Shown in pieces: positions 31,456-41,280 of a stretch of DNA of 64,000 bases. The position numbers and the translations under genes were made by a program. How positions within the stretch are numbered: the stretch's first letter is position 1; each line of letters opens with the position of its first letter. Source of the stretch: Rhodanobacter sp. (GTDB lineage: Bacteria; Pseudomonadota; Gammaproteobacteria; Xanthomonadales; Rhodanobacteraceae). Below the pieces are notes generated by a model. The model saw only the letters and a list, made by a program, of their open reading frames with translations. It was not told where the DNA came from and did no database searches. The stretch lies in the NCBI GenBank assembly GCA_022730295.1, contig DZCM01000001.1, positions 1,168 to 65,167 of the forward strand, in the 5' to 3' direction.

Positions 31456-32739
31456 ATGATTCAGCAAACCCGCCGCGTGGCCGTGCTGGGCGGCACCCGT
31501 ATCCCGTTCTGCAAGCGCGACACCGCGTATTCCGATCTCGGCAACTTCGGGATGTCGGTGAAGGTGTTGGGTGCGCTGGTCGAGAAGTTCGGGCTGCAGG
31601 GCATGGAACTCGGGGAAGTCGCCTTCGGCGCGGTGATGAAGCATCCTGCCGACTGGAACCTCGCGCGCGAAGTGCTGCAATCCTCAGGCCTTGCAATGAC
31701 CACGCCAGGCCTCACCACCGCGCGTGCCTGCGGCACCTCGCTCGACAACGCGATCCTCGTCGCGCAGAAAATCGCAACCGGACAAATCGAGGCCGGCATC
31801 GGCGGCGGCTCGGACACCACCAGCCAGGTACCGCTGACGTATTCGAACCGGCTGCAGCAGCGCTTGTTGGATTTGAATCGCGCGCGCTCGTTCGGCCAGA
31901 AGTTGCGCGCCGCGACACGTGGGTTCCGCCTGCGCGAACTGAAGCCACAAGTACCGGGCGTGGTCGAACCGCGCAGCGGCCTGTCGATGGGCCAGCATTG
32001 CGAGAAGATGGCGCGCGAATGGAAGATCGGCCGGGCGGCGCAAGACGAGTGGGCGCTGGCGAGCCACCAGAAACTTGCTGCCGCCTACGACGCCGGTTTC
32101 TTCGATGACCTGGTGGTACCGTTCCGCGAAGTCTCTCGCGACAACCTGCTGCGCGCCGACACCACGCTTGACAAGCTTGCCTCGCTCAAGCCCGCGTTCG
32201 ATCGCAAATCGGGCCAAGGTACCTTGACGGCGGGAAATTCCTCGGCGCTCTCCGATGGTGCGTCAGCCGTGTTGCTGGCGAGTGAAGATTGGGCGCGCGC
32301 GCGCAATCTGCCGGTGCTGGCGTATCTCGTCGACGCGGAAGTCGCCGGCGTCGACTACGTGCACGGCGAGGGCTTGTTGATGGCGCCGACCATCGCCGCA
32401 CCGCGCATGCTGCAACGCGCGGGCTTGACGCTGCAGGATTTCGACTACTACGAAATCCATGAAGCCTTCGCGGCACAGGTGCTGTGCCAGTTGCGGGCGT
32501 GGGAATCGGCCGACTATTGCAGGAACCGCTTGGGCCTTGACGCGCCCTTGGGTTCAATCGACCCGGCGAAAATCAACGTCAACGGTTCCAGCCTCGCCAC
32601 CGGGCATCCATTCGCCGCAACCGGCGCGCGGATCGTGGCGACACTCGCAAAAATGCTGGCACAAAAGGGCTCGGGCCGCGGGCTGATTTCGATATGCACG
32701 GCGGGCGGCATGGGCGTGGTGGCGATTCTGGAACGTTAG
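31456..32739 (+). CDS. Acetyl-CoA C-acyltransferase (thiolase, FadI-like)
   Basis: ACGTS, HEAFAAQ, GHPFAATG, ICTAGG; AAGGAG RBS. Confidence 0.93.
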   Translation: MIQQTRRVAVLGGTRIPFCKRDTAYSDLGNFGMSVKVLGALVEKFGLQGMELGEVAFGAVMKHPADWNLAREVLQSSGLAMTTPGLTTARACGTSLDNAILVAQKIATGQIEAGIGGGSDTTSQVPLTYSNRLQQRLLDLNRARSFGQKLRAATRGFRLRELKPQVPGVVEPRSGLSMGQHCEKMAREWKIGRAAQDEWALASHQKLAAAYDAGFFDDLVVPFREVSRDNLLRADTTLDKLASLKPAFDRKSGQGTLTAGNSSALSDGASAVLLASEDWARARNLPVLAYLVDAEVAGVDYVHGEGLLMAPTIAAPRMLQRAGLTLQDFDYYEIHEAFAAQVLCQLRAWESADYCRNRLGLDAPLGSIDPAKINVNGSSLATGHPFAATGARIVATLAKMLAQKGSGRGLISICTAGGMGVVAILER

Positions 32740-32974
32740 CGGGGTGCTGAAAATCAGCGGGCCATGGATGTTCCGCCGCAAATCAAGCAACGCAAGCGCT
32801 GGATCCGGCGAAGCCGGGTCCGGAGATACGCCGGTCTCGGCGCGTTGACTGCGCCCGAGGAGCGACGCGAACAGCGCAGCTGGCCCGTAGGGCGAGCGCC
32901 AGGGACGGCGCGAGCAAAGCGTGCAGAGCCCGCCCCGGACTTGATCCGGGGACAGCACGTTTTCAACCACCTGC
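32739..32974. mobile_element. Non-autonomous MITE-like element (~236 bp)
   Basis: Imperfect terminal inverted repeats gcggggtgctgaaaa / ttttcaaccacctgc flanked by TA on both sides (ttag...ctag); internal hairpins; no transposase. Confidence 0.65.
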
Positions 32975-32995
32975 TAGCAAGAACACCCGTCTCTG

Positions 32996-33068
32996 CCACG
33001 GATCAACTCGGATTGACACGGACAAGCGCGGATAAAAAGTATCCGTGTGAATCCGTGCAAATCCGTGG
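32996..33068. repeat. Hairpin built from 10-bp tandem units (ACACGGAT x4 / ATCCGTG x3)
   Basis: ccacggat caactcggat tgacacggac aagcgcggat aaaaagt atccgtgtga atccgtgcaa atccgtgg. Confidence 0.8.
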
Positions 33069-33120
33069 TCAAAACGCCTACGTTTGGGTATACCGCGACG
33101 GCGTGAACGGGCGTCGACGC

Positions 33121-33693
33121 TCAGCCGATCTTGAACAGCGTCGGCTTCCACGCGCCACTGGCATAGGATTCCCGGCGGCGACGGTGCATGCGGGCAATCG
33201 CCTCGGCAGCGCGGGCATCGGCCCAGTCGGTGCGCTGCACCATCAGCGTCGCGGGATCTTCGCCGCGTGAACGGGCTTCTTCATCGCGCCACACGCAGAA
33301 ATCGTCGTAGGCTTCAATTTCGAATTGCAAATCCTGCCGGCACAACTCGATCATGATGGCGTCGTCGAGGAAACCCAGCACCGGTACCTCGTCCGGAATC
33401 GCATCCATCGGATCGGCAAGATACGCCAGGGCCGCCAACACCCGCTTGCGGTCATCGTCGGGCAGGCCGAACCCGGCGTCCTTGGCCATCGAAATCAACG
33501 ACTCCACGCTACCGAGACGCTCGGCAATGAACGGCGGCGGCTTGGTGCCACTTGACTGTTCAAGCAGCGCTTGCGCGGCAAGGATGACCTCGCCGGGATC
33601 ACGATCGGCGATTTTGCTCTCGACATCGTGCATGCCCTTGATGAAGAACTGCAGGTCGTCATCGCTCAGCTGGATGTTGATGTCCATGGGCAT
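33121..33693 (-). CDS. YkvA / DUF1232 family protein
   Basis: ALAYLADPMDAIPDEVPVLGFLDD. Confidence 0.85.
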   Translation of the reverse strand: MPMDINIQLSDDDLQFFIKGMHDVESKIADRDPGEVILAAQALLEQSSGTKPPPFIAERLGSVESLISMAKDAGFGLPDDDRKRVLAALAYLADPMDAIPDEVPVLGFLDDAIMIELCRQDLQFEIEAYDDFCVWRDEEARSRGEDPATLMVQRTDWADARAAEAIARMHRRRRESYASGAWKPTLFKIG

Positions 33694-33761
33694 GGCAGTA
33701 ACCTTGTCTGGATGGCTAGTTGGCCAGCCTAGCGACAGGGCCGGTTGCCGTCAATCGGGCG

Positions 33762-35597
33762 TCACAGGATTCCCTGGATGCCGGCCCCGAACGCGACCAC
33801 GAAGCGCGCGGCGATCGCCGTGAGCGAGAGGTTCACTTCGGGGAAGTCGCCAACCGGCTCCCAGTTGTCGAGGAAGGCCGGATCGTTGGCCGCCACCGGC
33901 GTGCCGCCGGGCTTCAACTGGTAATCGGTGGAGTAAGCCCACGGCCAGATGTCGAAGATCGGCAGCTGCCGCGACAGGTCGCCGATGACCTGGCTGGCAT
34001 CACCGATGATCGGAATGGGGTGCCGCGGCGCCACCAGCCAGGCGTTGCGTGGCGCGGCGTCACGCAGGATCGCGGCGCGCAATTGCCCGGCGAACACCGG
34101 GTCGGGAATGATCACGCCCGACTCGGTGTTGTAGTTGGCCGAGCGCGGATCGAAATTGTGCGAGCCAACCATGCCGATCTTGTCGTCCACCACCAACGAT
34201 TTTGCATGCAAGCTGATGCGCGGCCCGGGGTTGCCGGGCTCGATCGGCGCGCGCCCGCCGCGGTGCGGCGACGAGGTTTCCGAGCCGATTCCGGACAACC
34301 GCGCATAGTCGCCCAGCATCTCGGCGGCGGCGGCCGGGTGCGGCATCAGTTCATGGATCTGGAAGCCGTAGTCGACCAGGAATTTCTTGTGGTGCTTGTA
34401 GGTGAGCGCGTACACCGGCATGGCATCGGTCGTGGCCAGCGAATTGGTGGAAACGATCACCTGTACCGGCGGTTGCTTCTTCTGCAATTTCCGGAAGATC
34501 CTGCCGGCGCGACGCGTCAGCACGAGGTAGGGCGTCTGCAGCACGATCTGGTTTTGCGCACCGGCAATCATCGTCATCAAGTCGCGGGTCAATTCGCGCG
34601 AGTCCGGGCCATGCACGGCCTTGGCCTTGGACGGCAGGTCGTAGAAGTAATCAACCAGCCCTACGTTGAGGCTGTGGCTGACAAGGTTGGCCTGCAGCCA
34701 GGCCGGGTCTTCGGCCCGGGCGCGCATCCTCGCAACGCGTTGCGGGTCGGCGAACACAGGTTCCGTCCACGGCTCGGCGTCGAACGGATGGCGCAGGATT
34801 TCAGCGTTGACGTCGCGCAAGTGGGTCAGCGGCACCGCGCGCTTGGTGTGCCAGAAGATCCTGAAACTTTTCGCCATCTGCGCGCCGGCCGGACCTGCGA
34901 CGATCACGTCGCGGTCGAGGAAATCCATCTGCGGATCCCAGTCGAAATACGCGTCCTGGTAATTGCGGCCGCCGACGATGCCGACTTTGCCGTCCACCAG
35001 GAACAGCTTGTTGTGCATGCGCTGGTTGAACTTGTTGAAGCAGCACAGCAAGCTGGCCGCGTACTCGACGTAGTTGCTGTGCGCGGCGTCGAAGGTCGGG
35101 TTGTACAACTTGATGGTGAGGTTGCGGCTGGCTCGGGCGAGGCGCGAAAGCAGGTCCGGATCGTTCAGCGAACTCAACTGGTCGGCGAGGATGCGCACCT
35201 TCACGCCGCGCCGCGCCGCCTTCACCAGTTCGTCCAGCACCAGCATGCCGGCGTCGTCGCGCGCCCAGATGTAGGTCTGGATGTCGATCGAGCGCTGCGC
35301 CGCACGGATCAGGTTGATGCGCGCCGCCAGTGCGTTCTGGCCGATGTTGAGCAGGGTGACCGTGTTGTGCGGCTGGGCGGGCGTGGATGCGGCGATCGCG
35401 GCATCGGCCTGCGCCATGAAGGGCGAGGGCTCCGCGCAGCGATCGGCACGCGCGCAATCGACCCAGCTGTCATCGGAAACCGCGACGATGCGATCCGCGT
35501 GCTGGATGCGTTTGGGCGACAGCGGTACGCAGCCGGCCAGCAACAGCACCAGCAGGGTGAGCCAGCATCCGGATTTTGCCGTCAGGCTCCTTGGCAT
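33762..35597 (-). CDS. Phospholipase D family lipoprotein (ClsC-like)
   Basis: Two HKD motifs (HNKLFLVD, HAKSLVVD); lipobox LAGC. Confidence 0.9.
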   Translation of the reverse strand: MPRSLTAKSGCWLTLLVLLLAGCVPLSPKRIQHADRIVAVSDDSWVDCARADRCAEPSPFMAQADAAIAASTPAQPHNTVTLLNIGQNALAARINLIRAAQRSIDIQTYIWARDDAGMLVLDELVKAARRGVKVRILADQLSSLNDPDLLSRLARASRNLTIKLYNPTFDAAHSNYVEYAASLLCCFNKFNQRMHNKLFLVDGKVGIVGGRNYQDAYFDWDPQMDFLDRDVIVAGPAGAQMAKSFRIFWHTKRAVPLTHLRDVNAEILRHPFDAEPWTEPVFADPQRVARMRARAEDPAWLQANLVSHSLNVGLVDYFYDLPSKAKAVHGPDSRELTRDLMTMIAGAQNQIVLQTPYLVLTRRAGRIFRKLQKKQPPVQVIVSTNSLATTDAMPVYALTYKHHKKFLVDYGFQIHELMPHPAAAAEMLGDYARLSGIGSETSSPHRGGRAPIEPGNPGPRISLHAKSLVVDDKIGMVGSHNFDPRSANYNTESGVIIPDPVFAGQLRAAILRDAAPRNAWLVAPRHPIPIIGDASQVIGDLSRQLPIFDIWPWAYSTDYQLKPGGTPVAANDPAFLDNWEPVGDFPEVNLSLTAIAARFVVAFGAGIQGIL

Positions 35598-35641
35598 CCG
35601 CTCAATGATACGGGACCCACCGGGCGCGCGGCGCACACCGC

Positions 35642-36238
35642 TCACGGGTGATTGCAATCCAGGCACGGCAACAGCACGATCCGCAGGCGCAGTTCGACCT
35701 TGTCGCCCACGATTCCGCGCCAGGCATGCATGCCAAAATCGCTGCGCGACAAGCTGCCCGACACATGGATCACGCACAACAACGGTTGTTTGGGACATTC
35801 GGAGGCTTGCAGTGAGAAGGTGACCGGACGGTGCACGCCGTGCAGCAGCAACATGCCGCGCACGGCGCCCCCGGTCGCCAGCTCGGCCAACGGAAACGGA
35901 TCGGAATCAAAGCGGGCGAGCGGAAAACGCGCGGCATCGAAGAAGCGCGGTCCGAGCGTGGGCTGGCGCGCCGCGTGATCGTCCATCAGCAAGCCGGCGA
36001 CATCAATGCTGGCGGTCACTGCAGCCAGATCGTCGCCGGACGCGGTGTCGATCTGGCGCAGCGTGCCTTGCAACTGTGGAAAGGTGCCCCGCGCGTGCGC
36101 GAACCAAAACTTGCGCACGCTGAACCTGGCTTGCGAGCGGGCCGAATCCAGCGGCCACGTTTGGCTTCCGGCAGCGGGTGCAGCGAGCGGCGCCAGGCAC
36201 GGCAACAGCAAGGCCAGCGCCAGCACCGCACGAATCAC
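35642..36238 (-). CDS. YceI family periplasmic protein
   Basis: Signal peptide, SQARFSV, FFDAARFP, LSRSDFGM; GTGA overlap with sixA stop. Confidence 0.85.
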   Translation of the reverse strand: MIRAVLALALLLPCLAPLAAPAAGSQTWPLDSARSQARFSVRKFWFAHARGTFPQLQGTLRQIDTASGDDLAAVTASIDVAGLLMDDHAARQPTLGPRFFDAARFPLARFDSDPFPLAELATGGAVRGMLLLHGVHRPVTFSLQASECPKQPLLCVIHVSGSLSRSDFGMHAWRGIVGDKVELRLRIVLLPCLDCNHP

Positions 36239-36711
36239 GGCGACCAGAAATGCCGCAGCTGGCCGTGGCCGGGTTCGAGCGTGTCGTCGTCCAGCCGGAT
36301 CCACGCCAACGCCGCCGGGGCCATGCCGCGGGCCTCGCTGGAGCGGCCTTCGGTCAGCAGCGCCAGCAGTTGCTCCATACCGGGATTGTGGCCGACCAGC
36401 AGCACCTGATGCGCGTCCGGAGCATGGCTCTCGATCAGGTCCAGCAACTCCCCCGGCGAGGCCTGATACAGCGCCGGCAGGAACCGCGGTTGCGGCATGC
36501 GCAACACCTTGCCCACGGCATCCGCGGTCATCTGGGCGCGACGCGCCGATGAACAAAGCACCGCGTCGGGCGCCGCGCCTTGTTCGGCCAACCAGGTACC
36601 GGCGGCGCGCGCCTGCGCTTCACCGTGCAAACTCAGCGGCCGCTCGCTGTCGCGGCTGTCGGGGCCACCCTGCATCGGTTCGGCATGCCGCAACAACAAG
36701 ACTTCACGCAT
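36235..36711 (-). CDS. sixA: Phosphohistidine phosphatase SixA
   Basis: LLRHA, SSARRAQMT, LVGHNPG. Confidence 0.9.
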   Translation of the reverse strand: MREVLLLRHAEPMQGGPDSRDSERPLSLHGEAQARAAGTWLAEQGAAPDAVLCSSARRAQMTADAVGKVLRMPQPRFLPALYQASPGELLDLIESHAPDAHQVLLVGHNPGMEQLLALLTEGRSSEARGMAPAALAWIRLDDDTLEPGHGQLRHFWSP

Positions 36712-36723
36712 GTTGGGATCTAC

Positions 36724-37833
36724 TCATGGATTGGAACCGCCGGCGGCTGCCGGCTGGAACGTGGCGGGGGCTTCTGTTGGAACGTGATTATCGCGCAGCG
36801 TCGCCAGGATCAGGCTCAATTCGGTGCCGCCATGGCTGGCGTTGGCCAGCCACTGCGCAGCCAGCGTGGGATCGACCAGGGCATGCTGCAGCAGGGCCGA
36901 ATATTGCTGGATCTGCCAGGCGAGATTGCGCGTGGCCTCGTCAGCTTGGCCTTTGGCATCAGGCTCGAGCGTGCCTTGCAGATGCAATCCCGCCGCGCGT
37001 GCGACCGGACTGGAACCCCATTGCAGGGTGTGCGCGAGCTTCAGACAGCCGGCCTTGCGCGCAGCGTCCATGCCGTCCGCCTGCGGATCGCACAGCTGCA
37101 GCACCGGGTCGAGATTCGGGCGCGGATAGTTGCCGGTGCCCGTGATCGCGACCAGCACGCGCACGCCCGCGGGGTTGTCGGGCTGCCCGTCGTGGGCACC
37201 CTCCATGGTGTCGGCCAAAGGCGGCAACACCTGCAGCGCGGTGGTGGTGCCCGCCAGCGCTTTGCCGTAGTAGTCGTCGTACGCGGTTGCCGCGGCAGCC
37301 TTGGTGAGCGCCGCCAGCTCGGCCTTGCTGTCCTTGTCGGCAGCCGCGAGATCCAGCGCCACCAGCCATACCGCGGCGTTGCCGGCAGCGTCTTGCTGGA
37401 GGTGCTTGTAGGCCTCGGCGTTCGGGCAATCGGACTTGTCACTGCAAAGCCCGAGGCGCAACCACCACGTCGCGGGGCCGGCTCCTGGCGCACCGCTGGC
37501 GCGTGCGCTCAAGGCGTTGAAGCTGAGCGCCGCGATTTGATTCTTGAAGGGGCGCGTCAACAAGGCGGCACCCAGCAGGTAGTCCGGGTCGGCGCGCAGC
37601 GCCGCCACGTTCACCACGTCCTTCTGAAACTGGTGGATCGCATCGACGCGCTTCTGGTCGGCGGGTGCGATTTGCGGTTCCGCTGCCGGCTCTGATGCCG
37701 TGGATGCGGGCGCGGGCGCGCTGGTCGCTGGCTCTGGCGCAGGCGCAAGGAGTTGTGCGCGGGCAGGCGTGGCAATCGTTCCCGCGAGCAGCAGCAAGGT
37801 GAGCGAGACGGCGATGCAGGCAGTGTGGCGCAT
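36724..37833 (-). CDS. Secreted alanine-rich hypothetical protein
   Basis: Signal peptide ARA-Q, Pro/Ala linker, four Cys in the mature part; coding-like sequence. Confidence 0.75.
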   Translation of the reverse strand: MRHTACIAVSLTLLLLAGTIATPARAQLLAPAPEPATSAPAPASTASEPAAEPQIAPADQKRVDAIHQFQKDVVNVAALRADPDYLLGAALLTRPFKNQIAALSFNALSARASGAPGAGPATWWLRLGLCSDKSDCPNAEAYKHLQQDAAGNAAVWLVALDLAAADKDSKAELAALTKAAAATAYDDYYGKALAGTTTALQVLPPLADTMEGAHDGQPDNPAGVRVLVAITGTGNYPRPNLDPVLQLCDPQADGMDAARKAGCLKLAHTLQWGSSPVARAAGLHLQGTLEPDAKGQADEATRNLAWQIQQYSALLQHALVDPTLAAQWLANASHGGTELSLILATLRDNHVPTEAPATFQPAAAGGSNP

Positions 37834-37921
37834 GGAGAATTCCAGGGCGGCGGTTGGTTGAGGCTAATGGTGTCGCATGAACTCTGGCCAGCCAGACGCA
37901 GGCAGACCAGAGCCGGCGTCT

Positions 37922-38776
37922 TCAGGTGCCCAGCGCCGCGCGCATGAATTCAGGTTCGGCCAGCGCGCCGCGATGAATGCCGGCGTTGTAATAACGCGTC
38001 GCGAAAGGCTTGTTCGCGGCATCGTGTTCGCGGAAACCGTCGAACGGCGCGCCCTTGCGCGCCATGGTGCAACTCCACCAGCCGGTCGGGTAGCACGGCT
38101 GCGGGAACGGCAGGGTGCGCGTGGCGGCAAAGCCGACGCCGCGCATTTCCTTGTGCATCGACTTGATGAGATCCAGCAGCACCAGGGGCGATTCCGATTG
38201 CTGGATGAGAATCCCGCCCGCGCGCAACGCCCGGAAGCAGCTGGCGTAGAACTTCGCGTTGAACAAGCCTTCCGCCGGCCCCACCGGGTCGGTGGAATCC
38301 ACGATCACGACGTCGAGCGAGGCGGGCGCCGCATCGGCCATGTACTTGATGCCGTCATCGAACAGCAGTTGCGCGCGCGGGTCGGCGTTGGATTCGCACA
38401 ACTCGGGGAAATACTTTTCGGCCAGCCGGGTCACGCGCTCGTCGATGTCGATCTGCACCACCGATTCGACTTCCGGATGCTTGAGCACCTCGCGCAGGGT
38501 GCCGCAATCGCCGCCGCCAATGATCGCGATGTTCTTCGGCGCGGCGTGGGTGTAGAGCACCGGGTGGGTCATCATTTCGTGATACAGGAAATTGTCGCGC
38601 GTGGTCAACATGGTGCAGCCGTCGATCACCATCAGGTTGCCCCAGTCAGTGGTCGCGTAAATTTCGATGTGCTGAAACGGCGTTTGTTCCTCGGCAAGCT
38701 TGCCGGTAATGCGATAACCGATCGCGGAGCCGGACGATACGTGCTGCTCGGTGAACCAGTTGCTGGACGCGGACAT
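37922..38776 (-). CDS. speE: Polyamine aminopropyltransferase
   Basis: YHEMMTH, IIGGGDCG, DSTDPVGP. Confidence 0.95.
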   Translation of the reverse strand: MSASSNWFTEQHVSSGSAIGYRITGKLAEEQTPFQHIEIYATTDWGNLMVIDGCTMLTTRDNFLYHEMMTHPVLYTHAAPKNIAIIGGGDCGTLREVLKHPEVESVVQIDIDERVTRLAEKYFPELCESNADPRAQLLFDDGIKYMADAAPASLDVVIVDSTDPVGPAEGLFNAKFYASCFRALRAGGILIQQSESPLVLLDLIKSMHKEMRGVGFAATRTLPFPQPCYPTGWWSCTMARKGAPFDGFREHDAANKPFATRYYNAGIHRGALAEPEFMRAALGT

Positions 38777-38942
38777 GTGCAAAACCCGGATGGCGAACGG
38801 CCGATTGTAACGGCCAGCCGCGCGCTACGCGTTACAATGGCAGCAGTCGATCCCGCGGCGAAGCTGGCTTCCGATCGACGACTGCCCTGCGTCAAGGCCC
38901 GCCGCTGCGACGTTCTGACACCTCGTTATCCGGAGAGTCTCG

Positions 38943-40844
38943 ATGACGAACGCCTGGAACGTGGCGGCTGCCCGTGACACCTGGTCCGTCGCCCACTGGA
39001 GCGACGGCTACGTCGATATCGGCGACGACGGTCGCGCCGTGATGCGCCCGCGCGGCGCGGTGGGCCCCGTGATTGCGCTCGACGACGCGGTTGCGCGCGC
39101 GAAAGAGCAAGGTCTGCGCCTGCCGCTGCTGCTGCGCTTTCCCGACATCCTGCTGGATCGGCGCGCCCGCCTGCGCGCAGCGTTCGCTGGCGCGATGCGC
39201 ACGCACGGCTACCCCGGCGGCTATACCGCGCTGTATCCGATCAAGGTCAACCAGCAGCGCGCGGTGGCGGAAACGCTGGCGCAAGGTCCGCTCTCGCCAC
39301 GCGCGGCGGGTACGGGCTTCGGCTTGGAAGCCGGTTCCAAACCGGAATTGCTGGCGGTGCTGGGGCTGGCGCAACCAGGTTCGCTGGTGGTGTGCAACGG
39401 CTACAAGGATGCCGACTACATCCGCCTCGCCTTGATCGGCCGCAAGCTCGGCATCGATGTCGTCATCGTGATCGAGAAGCCGTCTGAACTCGACCACGTG
39501 ATCGAGCAATCGCGCGCACTCGGCGTCGAGCCGAAACTGGGCGTGCGCGTGCGACTGGCGTCGCTCGGCGCCGGCAAGTGGCAGAACACCGGTGGTGACA
39601 AGAGCAAGTTCGGGCTCACGCCGGCGCAATTGCTCGCGCTGGTCCAGCGCCTGCGCGATGCAAATCTGACACACACCATGCGCCTTTTGCATTTCCACAT
39701 GGGCTCACAGATTTCCAACCTGCGCGACATCTCGGCAGGCATGCGCGAGGCAGTACGGCATTTTGCCGAGCTGCGCGCGGCCGGTCTGCCACTGGACCAG
39801 GTGGACGTCGGCGGCGGGCTTGGTGTCGACTACGAAGGCACGCGCTCGCGCGGCGAGTGTTCGATCAACTACGACCTCGACCAATACGCCAACGCGATCG
39901 TGGCGCCGCTGGCGGCCGCGTGCGCGGAATGGCAACTCGAACCGCCGCACGTGCTCACCGAATCCGGGCGTGCGATGACCGCGCACCATGCAGTGCTGGT
40001 TGTCAACGTCAGCGAAGTCGAGGCCGCGCCCGATGGCGCGGTGCCGGCGGTTGCCGAGGGTGAAGCGCCGGTGCTGCGCGCGTTGCGCGACACGCTGGCA
40101 GCACTGGATGGGCGCCCGGTGCGCGAGGTGTGGCAGGACGCGCAGCAATACTTGAACGAGGGCCAGTTGCTGTACGCGCAGGGCGCGCTCGATCTTTCGC
40201 AGCGCGCAACGCTCGACGCGTTGTTCCACGCGATCGCGCTGGGCGTGCGCGCACGGCTCAAACCTGACGAACGTTCGCACCGCGAGATCATCGACGCGCT
40301 CGACGTGAAGCTGGTCGACAAGTATTTCTGCAATTTTTCGGTGTTCGAGTCGATCCCCGACGTGTGGGCGATCAAGCAGATCTTCCCGATCATGCCGCTC
40401 ACAAGGCTGGACGAAGAACCGACGCGGCGCGGCACGCTGGCCGATCTCACCTGCGATTCCGACGGCCGCGTCGACACCTACGTCGAATCCGGCGACCTCG
40501 ACGTCAGCCTGCCGTTGCACGAGCTGCGCAAGGGCGAACCCTACCGGCTCGGGATCTTCCTCATCGGCGCGTATCAGGAAACCCTCGGCGACATCCACAA
40601 TCTGTTTGGCGACACCGACGCGGTGAACGTGCGCATCGACGACGGCGGTTTCACCCTCGACGGCGCGCGTCGCGGTGATTCTTCGGACATGCTGCTCGAC
40701 TACGTCGGTTACAAGCTCGACGCCCTGCGTGCGACCTATCGCGCCAAGATCGCCGCTGCGGATATCCGCGGCGAGTCTGCAACAGTCATCGAAGCCGCGC
40801 TGGAAGCGGGCCTCACTGGTTACACCTACTTGCGGGAAACCTGA
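38943..40844 (+). CDS. speA: Biosynthetic arginine decarboxylase
   Basis: YPIKVNQ (PLP Lys), HFHMGSQ, DLTCDSDG, HNLFG. Confidence 0.96.
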   Translation: MTNAWNVAAARDTWSVAHWSDGYVDIGDDGRAVMRPRGAVGPVIALDDAVARAKEQGLRLPLLLRFPDILLDRRARLRAAFAGAMRTHGYPGGYTALYPIKVNQQRAVAETLAQGPLSPRAAGTGFGLEAGSKPELLAVLGLAQPGSLVVCNGYKDADYIRLALIGRKLGIDVVIVIEKPSELDHVIEQSRALGVEPKLGVRVRLASLGAGKWQNTGGDKSKFGLTPAQLLALVQRLRDANLTHTMRLLHFHMGSQISNLRDISAGMREAVRHFAELRAAGLPLDQVDVGGGLGVDYEGTRSRGECSINYDLDQYANAIVAPLAAACAEWQLEPPHVLTESGRAMTAHHAVLVVNVSEVEAAPDGAVPAVAEGEAPVLRALRDTLAALDGRPVREVWQDAQQYLNEGQLLYAQGALDLSQRATLDALFHAIALGVRARLKPDERSHREIIDALDVKLVDKYFCNFSVFESIPDVWAIKQIFPIMPLTRLDEEPTRRGTLADLTCDSDGRVDTYVESGDLDVSLPLHELRKGEPYRLGIFLIGAYQETLGDIHNLFGDTDAVNVRIDDGGFTLDGARRGDSSDMLLDYVGYKLDALRATYRAKIAAADIRGESATVIEAALEAGLTGYTYLRET

Positions 40845-40854
40845 GTGCAGACGC

Positions 40855-41280
40855 TCATCCCAATATGCGCATTCCGCGCACGTTTTCGAAGTCGCGGTCG
40901 TGCGTCACCAACGCGTCGGCATTGATCGACAAGGCACTGGCAAGCTGGATGGCATCGGGCAGTTTCAGCCGGCAGGCCGCGCGCAAGCGCGCCGCGCCCT
41001 CGGCAATGTCGCTGTCGAAGTTGACCACCTGCCACGTTTCCAGCACCTTGCGATAGCGCCGCGCCAGCGCTTCCTCACCCGCTGCGAGCGGGCCGGTCAA
41101 GACCTCGGCAAGCGTGACCGTGGTCACCGCCAGCGCGATTTCGCCCGCGGCGTGCCGCTCGAACAGCGGCATGAATCGCCGCGCCAACTTCGCGTGCGCT
41201 TCCAGCACGTAGATGATCGGGGCGCTGTCAACCAGCAGCAGCGCGCCGGCCGGCAACGCGGCCGCGTCTAGCGCTTCCAT
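40855..41280 (-). CDS. vapC: PIN-domain (VapC-like) toxin
   Basis: LVDSAPIIY, TLAE, LKLPDAIQLASA, LVTHDRDF; overlaps the antitoxin. Confidence 0.88.
   Translation of the reverse strand: MEALDAAALPAGALLLVDSAPIIYVLEAHAKLARRFMPLFERHAAGEIALAVTTVTLAEVLTGPLAAGEEALARRYRKVLETWQVVNFDSDIAEGAARLRAACRLKLPDAIQLASALSINADALVTHDRDFENVRGMRILG

Noticed and set aside
32996..33068. Possible mini-CRISPR array
   Set aside because: Units are 10 bp, have no spacers and are arranged as an inverted pair; no cas genes in the window
32764..33270. 168-aa ORF across the thiolase-ykvA gap
   Set aside because: It is a translation of the MITE and tandem repeat and overlaps ykvA antisense; no transposase motifs
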